64,000 nucleotides of DNA from Candidatus Aminicenantales bacterium (GCA_050015275.1 JBEKBS010000009.1:719-64718), one strand, 5' to 3'. Positions 21,110-31,575 are shown, counted from the stretch's first letter. Translations and numbers: made by a program. The notes: generated by a model not told the origin, from the sequence alone.

Positions 21110-22429
21110 TTGTCCTTGCCATAGACTTCCAGCTCCGCCAATTGAAAACGGTATTCGAGCGGGCTGGAAGATATTTTGCCCAGCCTGGTTGCATAAACGC
21201 GGACATAACGGCAACGTCGGCTGGTGGAAACGAAAGATTGCACCCCCAGCACCTTCTGCCCGTGACCGTATCCGGTCCGGGTCACCAGGTCCGTCCAGTT
21301 GTTGAGGTCATCTGACGCTTGAATCTTGAAATCGGTCGGAAAGCCGCCACCCTCGGCCTCCTGGTCATCTCGCGGGCAGAGTTTGATGTTATCGATCCGG
21401 ACCGCCCGTCCTAGATCCACGCACACCCATTCGCTATGGTTCGGCGTATCGTGACCGGCGCTGCTCCAGCCGAGCGTGCCAGGCAGACTGTGAGTGATTT
21501 CGTTCACCAAATGATTTGTTCCCCAGCCGGCCTTTTCCAAAGAAGAACTGGCGGAAACCGGCTTCGCAGCGGCAAGGTCCAATTCCTGCTTTGCCTGCCG
21601 GCTGGCTAAAACACCAGGCATTCACTTCGTCGACGTCCCATTCCAGGTCGTAGGGCGGCTTCTCATCAAGAGTGCTCCCGCCATACTTATGGTAGGAAAC
21701 AAAATCGAGCGGCACCTCGGGATGCCCCCTGACATAATCTAACAGGGGTCCGAGCTTGGAGGTTGGAGAGAGAACGCCGGCGTCGGCAGCTCCGCCCACA
21801 TGAGCGGTGGGGTCCGTTTCTTTTATCGCTTCCGCGGTTTTGACATACAGGGCAACGTACTCCCGGCTCGAGCCCTTGAAGAACCGGACTATATCCGGCT
21901 CGTTCCAGACTTCCCAGCACCAGCCGTTGGAGCCGAGGTCCCTGTAGTGCTGAACATAGGCCTTGACGATTTGCTTCCACTCGTCCAGGTTTGTGGGAAC
22001 GCTGGCGGCGTCGCCGCCCTCGGGGAGCAGCACACCGGGGCAATACGCCAGGCACATCAGCGGAGTCATCCCCTTGTGGAGCATCGGTTTGATCACCCGG
22101 TCCAGTCGGCTGAAGTCGAACCGGAGTTTCCCGGCTTCGTCCCGGGCGGCCACCCGGTAGAATTTATCGTTCACCAAATGATCCAATCGGATCATCTTGA
22201 AGCCGATGGCGGCCAGATTATCGTAGGCTTCCGGTAGCCAGTTCAGGTTTTTCATCGGCTCATAGCCGCCCACCGATCCGTTGAGCAGCCGGGCTTTCTC
22301 CAGCGTGCCAGCCGTGGAATTATAATCTGCTCTGACGGTCAACAGATGCCAAGGAGATTCAGCCACGGACGCTATGGTGCAACCTACGGTCAAGGCGCAG
22401 ACCGCGAAGACCCGCGTGATTCGTATCAT
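21106..22429 (-). pseudogene. GH39-family glycoside hydrolase fused to a C-terminal discoidin/CBM32 domain, interrupted by a +1 frameshift at an A4/T4 homopolymer near 21607-21610
   Basis: The 331-aa ORF (21434..22429) carries lipoprotein signal LTVGC and GH39 blocks (FDFSRLD...KGMTP, HYRDLGSNGWCWEVWNEPD, YVALYVKTAEAIKETDP..VGG, LDFVSYHKYGG). The 171-aa ORF (21106..21621) in the adjacent frame is a discoidin domain. Removing one T from GTGTTTTAGCC gives a continuous reading ...NAWCLASRQAKQELDLAAAK... Confidence 0.7.
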
Positions 22430-22702
22430 GATCGTCTTACAGGGTGAGGATTGACGATTGAGGTTTCGGGCCTAAGAAATCGTTTTCGGGCGTTGTGCGG
22501 CTTCCGCTTCCGTTGGGCTTGATAGAGATGCTTCCCATTGCGAGAAAAGGATATTCCGAGCTACGGAGCGGTGTCAACGAGAACGCGATGGCTTCGAAGG
22601 CGAACTCATTCGTGACGTGCATTCAGGAAGGCCGGGCCATCTTAGAAGCGAGCTCCGATCTAAGAATCGCCCCGTGCCGTCGCACCCCAATGTCTCCGGG
22701 CT

Positions 22703-23845
22703 TCACCGAAGAACGGAGGCGATGGCGTCGTAGGCCGGCTTGGGCCGATAGTCCCTGTCGAAGATCAACGCATGATCGTATGTCCCGTTGCTGATCCCGG
22801 GGACCCATGAGTAACGGTCGGTAAAACCCCAGAAGAGGATGGCCGGACAGTTCGGCGCGGCGAGAGCGGCTTCGAAGACGCCGCGGTAGATCATCGCCTG
22901 TTGTCGGAAGTCCGCCTCGGTGGCGTTCTTGGGAAGCCAAACGTCGAGCTCGGTGATATGGACGGCCAGCCCGAGGTCGTTGAACCGCCTGATGTTCTCC
23001 GTCACCTCCGCCTGGGAGGGATGCTTGTCCAGCTGGACGTGATACTGCAATCCGATCCCGTGGATCGGCACGCCGCGGGCCAGGAGTCCCTTGACCCAGC
23101 GGTAGCACCGGTCGGCCTTTTCCGACATCCCGTCCATATCGAAGTCGTTATAGAAGAGCACGGCATGCGGGTCGGCTTCGTGGGCCCAGCGGTAGACCCT
23201 CTCGACGCATTCGGGGCCGATGGAATGATACCAGGGGCCCTCTTCCCGCAACCCCGGCCCCTTGTCGCTCAGGCCTTCGTTCAGGACATCCCACGCGAAC
23301 ACGCGCCCGCGGAAATGACGCATCACGGTGAAGATGTGCTCGCGAAGGATGTCGAGGGCTTCCTGGCGGGAAAACGTCTTGTCCATGGCCCACTCCGGCA
23401 GCGCGTCGTGCCAGACCAGCGGGACCGCGCGCACTTTCATGCCGTGCCGGCTGGCGAATGCCATCATCACTTCCGCAGGTCCGAAGTCGAATTGTCCCCG
23501 CACGCGCTGAAGGACATCCAGCTTCATCTCGTTCTCGGCCACGAGACAGTTGAACTCGCGCGCGATGACCTCGCGGTATCTCGGATCCTTCCTGAAAGCA
23601 TCGACGCTGAACGCGGTACCGAGAAGCAGACCTCTCCTTGCGGCCAGACTTCGCAGGGCATCCTGGTTCATTCGGACGTCATTCTTGGGGATGGCGGGAG
23701 AATTTGGCCCCCCACCATTCACGCGGTTGCCCGGCGCCGTACTCGAATATGATGTGAGGAGGAGAGGAACGGCGACCGCGAGACCGGCCGCCCCCGTGGC
23801 TTTCAAGAAGGCGCGCCGCGAAACTTCCTGTTCTTTGCTTTCCAT
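22703..23845 (-). CDS. GH10 endo-1,4-beta-xylanase, Tat-secreted
   Basis: A twin-arginine signal (SRRAFLKATGAAGLAVA) is present. GH10 catalytic motifs include the acid/base WDVLNE and nucleophile region ITELDV. The start at 23845 has SD AGGAGG. Confidence 0.9.
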   Translation of the reverse strand: MESKEQEVSRRAFLKATGAAGLAVAVPLLLTSYSSTAPGNRVNGGGPNSPAIPKNDVRMNQDALRSLAARRGLLLGTAFSVDAFRKDPRYREVIAREFNCLVAENEMKLDVLQRVRGQFDFGPAEVMMAFASRHGMKVRAVPLVWHDALPEWAMDKTFSRQEALDILREHIFTVMRHFRGRVFAWDVLNEGLSDKGPGLREEGPWYHSIGPECVERVYRWAHEADPHAVLFYNDFDMDGMSEKADRCYRWVKGLLARGVPIHGIGLQYHVQLDKHPSQAEVTENIRRFNDLGLAVHITELDVWLPKNATEADFRQQAMIYRGVFEAALAAPNCPAILFWGFTDRYSWVPGISNGTYDHALIFDRDYRPKPAYDAIASVLR

Positions 23846-23952
23846 TTCGCTTCCTCCTGAGCAAACCGCCATGACCTCAGCAGACACCGTCGATATCAAC
23901 GGCACAAGAACGGGAGGATAGGAGATCCCTATGCCCGCGACGGAACAGACAG

Positions 23953-26430
23953 CTATATCCTTCCGTGCCCGCGTTGCAAACCGCCCGCGTAAGTCTCCGG
24001 CTTGCTGTCGCCGACCCGAAGCGTTGCCCCGCGGGCCGATCGTATCGCAAAGCGCACAGCATCGCCCTCAAACTCGACATGGCGCAGCTCGACCGGCGCG
24101 TTGGCGGAGAAGAGCAAGCGGCTGTCGCGCCGCACCTCGAGATGCTTGGGGGAAAGTTCGACGTCGTAGAACGAACCAGCCACGTAGTACCGGCGGATCG
24201 CCCCTTCCTCGACGGGCTCGAGGTTTCCAAAACGCAAGCCATGCCAGGGGTTGGCATCAATGAACTCCTCGAGCGCCGTGAGGATCATCAGCGCGCCCCA
24301 AGTGTAATGCGGGTCGCTGGATCCTTCGCCGGTGGTGGCCAGGAAGTTCTCGTAGCACTCGGCCTTGTCGCGCCACGGCTTCAGGAACATCTTCGCGCTC
24401 GACTCGGCGAGCATCCTCGCTTCGTGGTCCCAGTCATAGATCTTGAAACCTTGGTAAACGAGCCAGTTGATCGGCGCCCAGACCTTGCCCCGCCAGTAGT
24501 GCTGTTTCGGGTACAAGGGGTCATCGCGGCTGATCGTCGGCAGGATCCATTCGCCGGCGAACTTGTTGGGATCGTAGAAATGCTTTTTCAGCGCCTCGGC
24601 GCGGTCGGCGGGCGTCACGCGGCCGAGCAGAGACAGGAAGATGTCGGGCGCCATGTGCGGCGTGTGCCATTTTCCGTTTTCCGGCGCCCAGCGGCGGTTC
24701 GCGTAGGAACCGCGCCCGGGGTCCCAAAGAAGCTGGTTGATCTTCTCCGTCATGGCGCGGTGTTCCTGTTCGAGCGCAGCGGCTTCCGCTGTCCGACCCA
24801 GCTCGCGCGCTATCCATGCGAGGATCCAGCAATCCATGGCGTAGAGGCAGTTCCGCTCGACCGTGTCGAGCTCGCACGTGTTGGTCTTCTCGTTGTATTT
24901 TGCGACGTGCCACCATTGCGGGCTGTCGTCATGCGACTCGAAATAGGCGGTCTGTTGGCGATCTTCGTAAGGGATTTCCTCGGGATAGTTGGACCCTAAC
25001 TCGAGCAGCCCGTTTCGGTTGCCGTCGCGCCAGGGCTGGCCATCGCCGCGGTCTAAAAACCACCAGCGGTGGTTCTTGAGCAGGCGCGGGTAGATTTCCG
25101 CAAGGAATGGCTTGCTGGGCCGGCGCATGTAGATCTTGGAAACGGCAAGGCCTCCGACGGGGTACTGGGTGTGGCCCCATGCGACCGGGAAGATCCAGTC
25201 GTTCGGCCGGGCCACCCATTGACCGTATTGCGCGAACATGCCCTGGTCGTTCTGCCAGGAAGTGATATCGCGCACAAGCGCGGAGGCCTTCTTTTCGTCT
25301 TCCTGGGCAACCAGCAGCGCGCTGAAAAAGCTGTCCCAAAGGAAGTCCGGTGCGCTGTTGTTTTCTCTGGCCCAAGCGCGGCTGACAGTGATGTAGGGGC
25401 GCCGTCGCTCGGGCGTGTAGACCTCGCTCCATTGGAGTTGGTCGTTGATAGCGGCCGGAACATCGGCCAGCCAGCCCACGCCCTCCGGGCGCGTGCGCAA
25501 GTACTCTTTGCGGTTGCGTTCCAGCAGATCATCGATCCGCCCGGCTTCCAGCCACGCCGCGGTGCTCGCCTGCAATTCTTCGTACGTCTGCCCTTGCCGC
25601 CCGCAAAGATACAATGTCTGGATGTTGCTGAAGAGCGCGTTCCAGTCACGCGGCATGCCCGGTCCGGCGTGCTCATCGTGGGTGACCTGCCGGCTCTCAT
25701 CGAAGGGTGCACTGAAAGCCGTGACGAAGCGCATCCCGTCGCGGGTGCCGGGTACCCAGGAACGCGCGCGCAGAAAACGGCGGCTGGGGCCGTCTGTGTA
25801 AAGAACAGAGAATTGGGGAGGGTGGCTGTCCCATGGTGTGTAGGCTTGGACCACGAGGTCGCAGGGCCGCGAATGCCTGATCCGGCAGACCACTTCGTTC
25901 ATGGCGGTTTGCGCCCATTCGTACGTCACCTCGGGTCCGCCGTCCGGCATCTGCCACACGAGGCGAGCGTATGAATTGTCGGGTGCCTTCGGGCCCACGA
26001 ACTTCCACCACTTGGGCCAGTCCGCGAACCAAGCCCGGAAGTTCTTGGCGCAGAACTCCGCGCCGCCCTCGCTATTCCGTTCCTTTGTCCAGGCCGCGGG
26101 AACGGTGAGAAACCGGAAGGCGAAAATATCAGCATGATCCGCGATGAAGACCTGCCCCGGCCAGGCGTCCGGAGATAGCGGCCCGACCAGCCATTCGTGA
26201 GTGTCCCGGAGCCGTTCCCACATCTTGAGCGGGTCCTCACCGGTCATCGTGGCCAAGCCCAAAAGTTTGTAGATTTGCGCCTTGTTGAGCGGGAGAGCGG
26301 CCGCTGCTTGCGGCACCGCCGGCACCCCGGCGCCTCCTGACGCCGCGGCGCCGGACAATGCCCGGCGGCCAAATCCCCGAAGAGCAGCCAGGCTCCAAAA
26401 CCCTTGGCGGAACAAATCCCGTCTGTTCAT
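23953..26430 (-). CDS. Tat-secreted (alpha/alpha)6-barrel glycoside hydrolase, GH63-like / MGH1-like (processing alpha-glucosidase or trehalase-type fold)
   Basis: The start MNRRDLFRQGFWSLAALRG gives a Tat motif, with SD GAGGTG. The C-terminal half carries six-hairpin blocks (HYWRGKVWAPINWLVYQGF, LWDPGRGSYANRRW, YTWGALMI). The family is assigned by pattern only. Confidence 0.55.
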   Translation of the reverse strand: MNRRDLFRQGFWSLAALRGFGRRALSGAAASGGAGVPAVPQAAAALPLNKAQIYKLLGLATMTGEDPLKMWERLRDTHEWLVGPLSPDAWPGQVFIADHADIFAFRFLTVPAAWTKERNSEGGAEFCAKNFRAWFADWPKWWKFVGPKAPDNSYARLVWQMPDGGPEVTYEWAQTAMNEVVCRIRHSRPCDLVVQAYTPWDSHPPQFSVLYTDGPSRRFLRARSWVPGTRDGMRFVTAFSAPFDESRQVTHDEHAGPGMPRDWNALFSNIQTLYLCGRQGQTYEELQASTAAWLEAGRIDDLLERNRKEYLRTRPEGVGWLADVPAAINDQLQWSEVYTPERRRPYITVSRAWARENNSAPDFLWDSFFSALLVAQEDEKKASALVRDITSWQNDQGMFAQYGQWVARPNDWIFPVAWGHTQYPVGGLAVSKIYMRRPSKPFLAEIYPRLLKNHRWWFLDRGDGQPWRDGNRNGLLELGSNYPEEIPYEDRQQTAYFESHDDSPQWWHVAKYNEKTNTCELDTVERNCLYAMDCWILAWIARELGRTAEAAALEQEHRAMTEKINQLLWDPGRGSYANRRWAPENGKWHTPHMAPDIFLSLLGRVTPADRAEALKKHFYDPNKFAGEWILPTISRDDPLYPKQHYWRGKVWAPINWLVYQGFKIYDWDHEARMLAESSAKMFLKPWRDKAECYENFLATTGEGSSDPHYTWGALMILTALEEFIDANPWHGLRFGNLEPVEEGAIRRYYVAGSFYDVELSPKHLEVRRDSRLLFSANAPVELRHVEFEGDAVRFAIRSARGATLRVGDSKPETYAGGLQRGHGRI

Positions 26431-26779
26431 TGGCACCTCACCACAGCCGATTCGGCCTCGCTGCGGGCTTCTAACCCTTGATTCTTCGCCGGATGTCGAC
26501 TTGAGATCACAGTTTGTTCCTGTCCCATACCTCAACACTTCCGTCCCGCACAGGATAATTCCGGCCGCGGATCGAGGTCAAGGACAAACACCTAAACATG
26601 TCCACACGGCGAAAGCCGGAGCCTGTCCGCTTAATTTAGTTTCGCTTTCGTCCTCCGTGGCGCCTGAGCGATGCCTCGCAACATGGCATGCACAGCCATC
26701 CCTAAACCGAACAGGCATGCTTAGCCGGCGGTCTTTGTTCGCCAAGACCAGGTGGATTATAATATTGGGGGAGGATGAG

Positions 26780-27538
26780 ATGCGCGGATTGAAAGGCAAA
26801 CGAACTGTCGTCACTGGCGGGGCCCAGGGCATCGGGGCGGCCATCGCGGCCCGCTTTCTCGATGAGGGAGCCCGGGTAGCCATCCTCGACAGGAACGAGG
26901 CGGCCCTCGACGGTGTGAAGACGCAGCTTCCCGGCCTGGAAACGGTCCTTCGAGCGGATGTCTCGGATCCGGAATCCGTGGCCGGAGCTTTCGCCCGGCT
27001 GGATGATCTGTGGGGCGGGCTCGACGTCCTCATCAACAACGCGGGCATCAGCCTCCGCCATCGCTTCCTCGACACTACGGAGGCGGAATGGCGGCGGGTC
27101 ATCGACACGAACCTCAACGGGGTGTTCTATTGCGCCCGCGAAGCGGCCGGGCGTATGGCCGCCGGCTCGGGCGGCGTCGTCCTCAACATGGGATCGACCA
27201 ACGGGATCATGGGCTATCATTACTACGCCGACTACAACGCCTCGAAGGCCGGAGTCATCGAGCTGACCCGGTCCATGGCCCTCGAACTCGCGCCCAGGGT
27301 CCGGGTCAACTGCGTCTGCCCGGGCTTCATCCTGACGCCCATGCAAGAGGCCGAATACACCCCGGAAAAGCGCCGAGTCTTCGAGGCCAAAGTGCCGCTT
27401 GGCCGGCTCGGCCGGCCGGAAGAAGTAGCGGCCCTCTTCGCTTTCTTGGCCTCCGATGATGCCGCGTTCATTACGGGCCAATCGTTCGTCATCGACGGGG
27501 GGGAGATCGCCGGCGGTCTGGCCAGTCAGAGAGAATAA
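26780..27538 (+). CDS. Short-chain dehydrogenase/reductase (classical SDR)
   Basis: A TGGAQGIG Rossmann motif and NNAG are present, with catalytic S...YxASK (YNASKAG). ATG 26780 is preceded by GGGGGAGGA. The upstream part of the ORF-track ORF (from 26282) is promoter DNA. Confidence 0.85.
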   Translation: MRGLKGKRTVVTGGAQGIGAAIAARFLDEGARVAILDRNEAALDGVKTQLPGLETVLRADVSDPESVAGAFARLDDLWGGLDVLINNAGISLRHRFLDTTEAEWRRVIDTNLNGVFYCAREAAGRMAAGSGGVVLNMGSTNGIMGYHYYADYNASKAGVIELTRSMALELAPRVRVNCVCPGFILTPMQEAEYTPEKRRVFEAKVPLGRLGRPEEVAALFAFLASDDAAFITGQSFVIDGGEIAGGLASQRE

Positions 27539-27754
27539 TAAGCAACCTAGCGGCCCAGGAGATCCACCGCGGCATATTGGAGCTAGCCGCCGGCCTTCAC
27601 CGGATCGGCAGCGCGGAGATGCCAATTTTCCGGGACCTCATCCCTTTTCCTTACACCCATATTTAAGGGGGGGGGCAGGCCAGACCCGTTACGTTGACAG
27701 TCCCCGGTCCCTGTGGTATATCGAGGGTCGCTTCGCGACATGGGCGAGGCCTTC

Positions 27755-28537
27755 ATGAATCCAAAAGCATTAAAGATCGTTTCTCTCGAGGGACGGGTGG
27801 CCGTCATTTCCGGCGCCGCTTCTGGAATCGGGCTGGGCTCAGCCCGCCGGCTGGCAGAATTCGGGGCTGGGGTCGTCCTTCTTGACATCCACCGGGAGAA
27901 AGGAACCGCGGCCGCCGAAGGAATCGCCGCCCGAGGCGGCCGGGCGCTCTTCATCTCTTGCGACGTCCGCTCGGAGGCCGATTGCCGCCGGGCCGTAGAG
28001 GAGACGATCCGCGAGTTCGGTTGCATCGATATCCTCTTCAATAATGCCGGCGTCATTGTACGTAAGAACGCCATCGAGCTCAGGGAAGAGGAGTGGGACC
28101 TTACGCTCGACGTCATGCTCAAAGGGACCTATCTCCTGTCGCATCATGTCATCCCCCATATGATCGCCGCCGGAGGGGGGAGCATCATCAACATGGGCTC
28201 CGGCTGGGCCCTCAAAGGCGGCCCTGACGCGGTCGCCTACTGTGCAGCCAAGGGCGGAATCCTCAACATCACCCGGGCCATGGCCATCGACCATGGCCGC
28301 CACGGCATCCGGGTCAACTGCGTCTGCCCGGGCGACATCGACACGCCCTTGCTCCGGAGCGAATGCGCCCAGCTCGGTCAGGAGGAGGAGGCGTTCATGG
28401 CAGCCGCGGCCCTGCGGCCTCTGGCTCGGGTGGGGACGCCCGAGGATGTGGCCAACGCCGTCCTCTTTTTCGCGAGCGATCTTTCGAAATGGGTGACCGG
28501 CGCCTTCCTCGTCGTGGATGGCGGCGGCATCGCCTAG
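27755..28537 (+). CDS. Short-chain dehydrogenase/reductase (classical SDR), second tandem copy
   Basis: Motifs ISGAASGIG and NNAG are present, with YCAAKGG. An alternative GTG start lies at 27713. Confidence 0.85.
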   Translation: MNPKALKIVSLEGRVAVISGAASGIGLGSARRLAEFGAGVVLLDIHREKGTAAAEGIAARGGRALFISCDVRSEADCRRAVEETIREFGCIDILFNNAGVIVRKNAIELREEEWDLTLDVMLKGTYLLSHHVIPHMIAAGGGSIINMGSGWALKGGPDAVAYCAAKGGILNITRAMAIDHGRHGIRVNCVCPGDIDTPLLRSECAQLGQEEEAFMAAAALRPLARVGTPEDVANAVLFFASDLSKWVTGAFLVVDGGGIA

Positions 28538-28636
28538 CGCCGGGATCAGGGCCCGTCTTTCTCGCACGAGACCGGCGGGCCGCCCGGCCGAGATGAGAAC
28601 GACTGATGGATGTGCAGTCCGACCCTTGAGGTGCCC

Positions 28637-30034
28637 ATGAGCGACGAAAAGCCCTTTGTCCATCCCTACATCCCGAATTCCGTCCCCGAAGTGAAGGGAC
28701 AGATGTTGAGGGATATCGGCGTCCGGAGCGTTGATGAGCTTTACGGCGATATCCCCGAGCGGCTGCGTTTCCGCGGCCGGATGAACCTGCCCGAGCCGTT
28801 GACATCGGAAGCGGCGCTGAAACGGCATGTCGAGGGCATCCTCGGCAGAAACCGGTCCTGCGCCGAAACGCTGAGCTTCCTCGGCGGCGGATGCTGGCCA
28901 CACTACGTGCCGGCCGTCTGCGATGAGATCAACCGCCGCTCGGAATTCTTGACAGCCTACGCTGGAGAGCCGTACGAGGACCACGGCCGGTTCCAGGCCC
29001 TCTTCGAATATGAGAGCCTGATGGCCGAACTCCTCGACATGGATGTCGTCAACGTCCCGACCTTCGACTGGTGCCAGGCGGCCAGCACGTCGGTCCGGAT
29101 GGCCGGCCGGATCACGAAAAGGAACGAGGCCCTCGTCGCGGACACGATCGGTCCCGACCGTCTGCTGGTCATGAAGAACTATTGCCGCGGCGTGATGAGC
29201 CTCGTCCCGGTCCGTCATGATCCTGAGACGGGCGGCATGGATCTCGAGGACCTGGCGGCCAAATTCACGGAAAAGACGGCCGCGGTCTATTTTGAGAATC
29301 CATCCTACCTGGGCTTCCTCGAAACCCAGGGGCAGCGGATTGCCGAGATGGCCCACGCCCGCGGCGGGCTCTGCGTCGTCGGCGTGGACCCCATATCGTT
29401 GGGCGTCATCGCCCCGCCGGGCCACTACGGTGCCGATATCGTCTGCGGTGACATCCAGCCCCTCGGCGTCCACATGAACTTCGGAGGCGGCCAGGCCGGC
29501 TTCATCTCAACCCGGGACGAAGAAAGGTTCGTCATGGAATACCCATCGCGGCTCTTCGGGATCGCCAAGACGGCGGTCGAGGGGGAATGGGGGTTTGGCG
29601 ACGTGGCCTACGACCGGACCTCGTTCGGCGTCCGGGAAAAAGGCAAGGAGTTCGTCGGGACGGCAGCGGCTCTCTGGGGGATCACGGCCGGCGTCTATCT
29701 GGCCCTCATGGGGCCGCAGGGGATGCGGGAGCTGGGACAACACATCCTCCAGAAGTCCCAATATGCCTTGAAAAAGATCGCTAAGCTTTCCGGCGTGAAA
29801 GCCCCTCGCTTCAGGTCGCCTTATTTCAAGGAATTCGTCGTCGATTTCACCGGGACCGGGAAGAGCGTGGCCGATATCAACCAAGCCCTCCTCGGGCGTG
29901 GGATTTTCGGGGGGAGAGACCTGGGCCGGGATTTCCCCGGCCTGGCGGGCTGTGTCCTTTTCTGCGTCACGGAGGTCCACACGAAAGACGACATCGATTC
30001 CCTGGCGGCGGCCCTCGAGGAGGTGCTCCGATGA
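28637..30034 (+). CDS. gcvPA: Glycine dehydrogenase (decarboxylating) subunit 1, split P-protein N-terminal half
   Basis: GcvPA blocks are present: FLGGGCWPHYVPAV, EFLTAYAGEPYE, QALFEYESLMAEL and GADIVCGDIQPLG. SD GAGGTG precedes the start. gcvT and gcvH are not adjacent. Confidence 0.85.
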   Translation: MSDEKPFVHPYIPNSVPEVKGQMLRDIGVRSVDELYGDIPERLRFRGRMNLPEPLTSEAALKRHVEGILGRNRSCAETLSFLGGGCWPHYVPAVCDEINRRSEFLTAYAGEPYEDHGRFQALFEYESLMAELLDMDVVNVPTFDWCQAASTSVRMAGRITKRNEALVADTIGPDRLLVMKNYCRGVMSLVPVRHDPETGGMDLEDLAAKFTEKTAAVYFENPSYLGFLETQGQRIAEMAHARGGLCVVGVDPISLGVIAPPGHYGADIVCGDIQPLGVHMNFGGGQAGFISTRDEERFVMEYPSRLFGIAKTAVEGEWGFGDVAYDRTSFGVREKGKEFVGTAAALWGITAGVYLALMGPQGMRELGQHILQKSQYALKKIAKLSGVKAPRFRSPYFKEFVVDFTGTGKSVADINQALLGRGIFGGRDLGRDFPGLAGCVLFCVTEVHTKDDIDSLAAALEEVLR

Positions 30035-31575
30035 AGCTGCGGGCTTTCCATCAGGCGAAATGGGACGAGGAGGTCATCTTCGAGCTCAGCACGAAGGGAG
30101 AGAGAGGGATCCTCGTCCCGCCGGTCGAGAAGGCCCTCGCGGATGAAGTCGGCGACGGGATCTCGGCCCTTCCCGAATCCCTTCGCCGCATGACCCCGCC
30201 CGCGCTTCCCGAGATCTCTCAGATGCGGGTCTTGAAACACTACCTCCGCCTCTCCCAGCAAACGCTCGGCGCCGATCTCAACGTGGACATCGGCCAAGGA
30301 ACGTGCACGGTCAAGTACAACCCGAAGATCAACGACGCCCTGGCCGCGTCGCCCAAAGTGGCGGAGCTCCACCCCTTCCAGGACGAGAGCACCGTCCAGG
30401 GCGCCCTGGAGATCATCTACAAGCTGGACCTTTTCATGCGGGAGATCTCGGGGCTCGACCGGTTCTCCTTCCAGCCGGCTTCGGGCTCAGCGGCCATCCT
30501 CGCCATGGCCTCGATTATCCAGGCCTGGCATGAATCGCGGGGGGAGGGGAAGACCCGCGACGAGGTCATCACGACCATCTTCTCCCATCCCTCCGACGCG
30601 GCTGCGGCCGCCGTCAAAGGCTACAAAGTCGTCACGATTTATCAGACGGAAGACGGCCTTCCCGACCTCGAAGCCCTGAAGCTCGCCGTCTCGGAGCGGA
30701 CGGCCGGGCTTCTCATCACGAACCCCGAGGACACGGGCATCTTCAACCCGAAAATAGACGAGATCACCCGGATCGTCCGCGCGGCCGGCGGGCTGTGTGG
30801 CTATGACCAGGCCAACGCCAACGGCATCCTGGGCGTGACCCGGGCCCGCGAGGCCGGCTTCGACATGTGTTTCTTCAACCTCCACAAGACGTTCGGGACG
30901 CCCCACGGCTGCGGCGGCCCGGCCTGCGGCGCCCTCGGCGTCGTCGGGGAGCTCATGGATTACCTGCCCGTCCCGCTCGTCGATTTCGACGGCGAGAAAT
31001 ATCTCCTCCGCTATGACCTGAAGAACACAATCGGCAAGGTCCGGAGCTTCTACGGCGTCTTTCCCGCGATCCTCAAGGCCTACGCCTGGATCATGAGCTT
31101 GGGAGACCGCGGCCTTCGCGAGGCGGCGAATGTGGCGGTGCTCAACAACAATTACATTTTGGAAAAGGTCAAGAAGATCCGCGGGGCAAGCGCCCCCTTT
31201 GCCCAGGGACGGCACCGGATCGAACAGGTGCGTTACAGTTGGGAGAAACTCACGAGGGACACGGGCGTCACGACGGAGGACGTCGCCCTCCGGATGGCGG
31301 ATTTCGGCTTTCACCTTTGGTCGAGCCATCACCCCTTCATCGTGCCCGAACCCTTCACCATCGAGCCGACCGAATCTTACTCCAAAGCCGAGATCGACGA
31401 GTATCTGGCCGCCCTGAAAAAGATCTCCGGCGAGGCCTATGAGGACCCGGCGAAGGTCAAGGGGGCTCCCTACCGGAGCGTCGTCCATCGGATCGACCAC
31501 GGCTGGTTCGAGGACCCGGCGAGATGGGCGATCACCTGGCGTTCTTACCTGAAGAAGCACGGAAAAGGCATTTGA
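30031..31575 (+). CDS. gcvPB: Glycine dehydrogenase (decarboxylating) subunit 2, PLP-binding C-terminal half
   Basis: An ATGA overlap joins it to gcvPA. The PLP-lysine region FNLHKTFGTPHGCGGP is present. It is 514 aa. Confidence 0.9.
   Translation: MKLRAFHQAKWDEEVIFELSTKGERGILVPPVEKALADEVGDGISALPESLRRMTPPALPEISQMRVLKHYLRLSQQTLGADLNVDIGQGTCTVKYNPKINDALAASPKVAELHPFQDESTVQGALEIIYKLDLFMREISGLDRFSFQPASGSAAILAMASIIQAWHESRGEGKTRDEVITTIFSHPSDAAAAAVKGYKVVTIYQTEDGLPDLEALKLAVSERTAGLLITNPEDTGIFNPKIDEITRIVRAAGGLCGYDQANANGILGVTRAREAGFDMCFFNLHKTFGTPHGCGGPACGALGVVGELMDYLPVPLVDFDGEKYLLRYDLKNTIGKVRSFYGVFPAILKAYAWIMSLGDRGLREAANVAVLNNNYILEKVKKIRGASAPFAQGRHRIEQVRYSWEKLTRDTGVTTEDVALRMADFGFHLWSSHHPFIVPEPFTIEPTESYSKAEIDEYLAALKKISGEAYEDPAKVKGAPYRSVVHRIDHGWFEDPARWAITWRSYLKKHGKGI

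Noticed and set aside
23965-24999. 344-aa plus-strand ORF
   Set aside because: It is antisense to the GH63-like gene and is a low-complexity artefact.
26282-26779. N-terminal 166 codons of the 418-aa ORF preceding the SDR
   Set aside because: This is a divergent intergenic region between the GH63-like start (26430) and the SDR ATG (26780, with SD). The translation is junk. The region contains GCATGC-type palindromes that may be operators.
28538-28636. Possible glycine riboswitch upstream of gcvPA
   Set aside because: It contains a nested hairpin (GGCCCG...TCTCG-CAC-CGAGA...CGGGCC). It is only about 100 nt and lacks the conserved tandem-aptamer cores, so it is more likely a terminator or attenuator-like structure.
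27839-29473. 544-aa minus-strand ORF
   Set aside because: It is antisense to SDR-2 and gcvPA, both of which have strong motif support.
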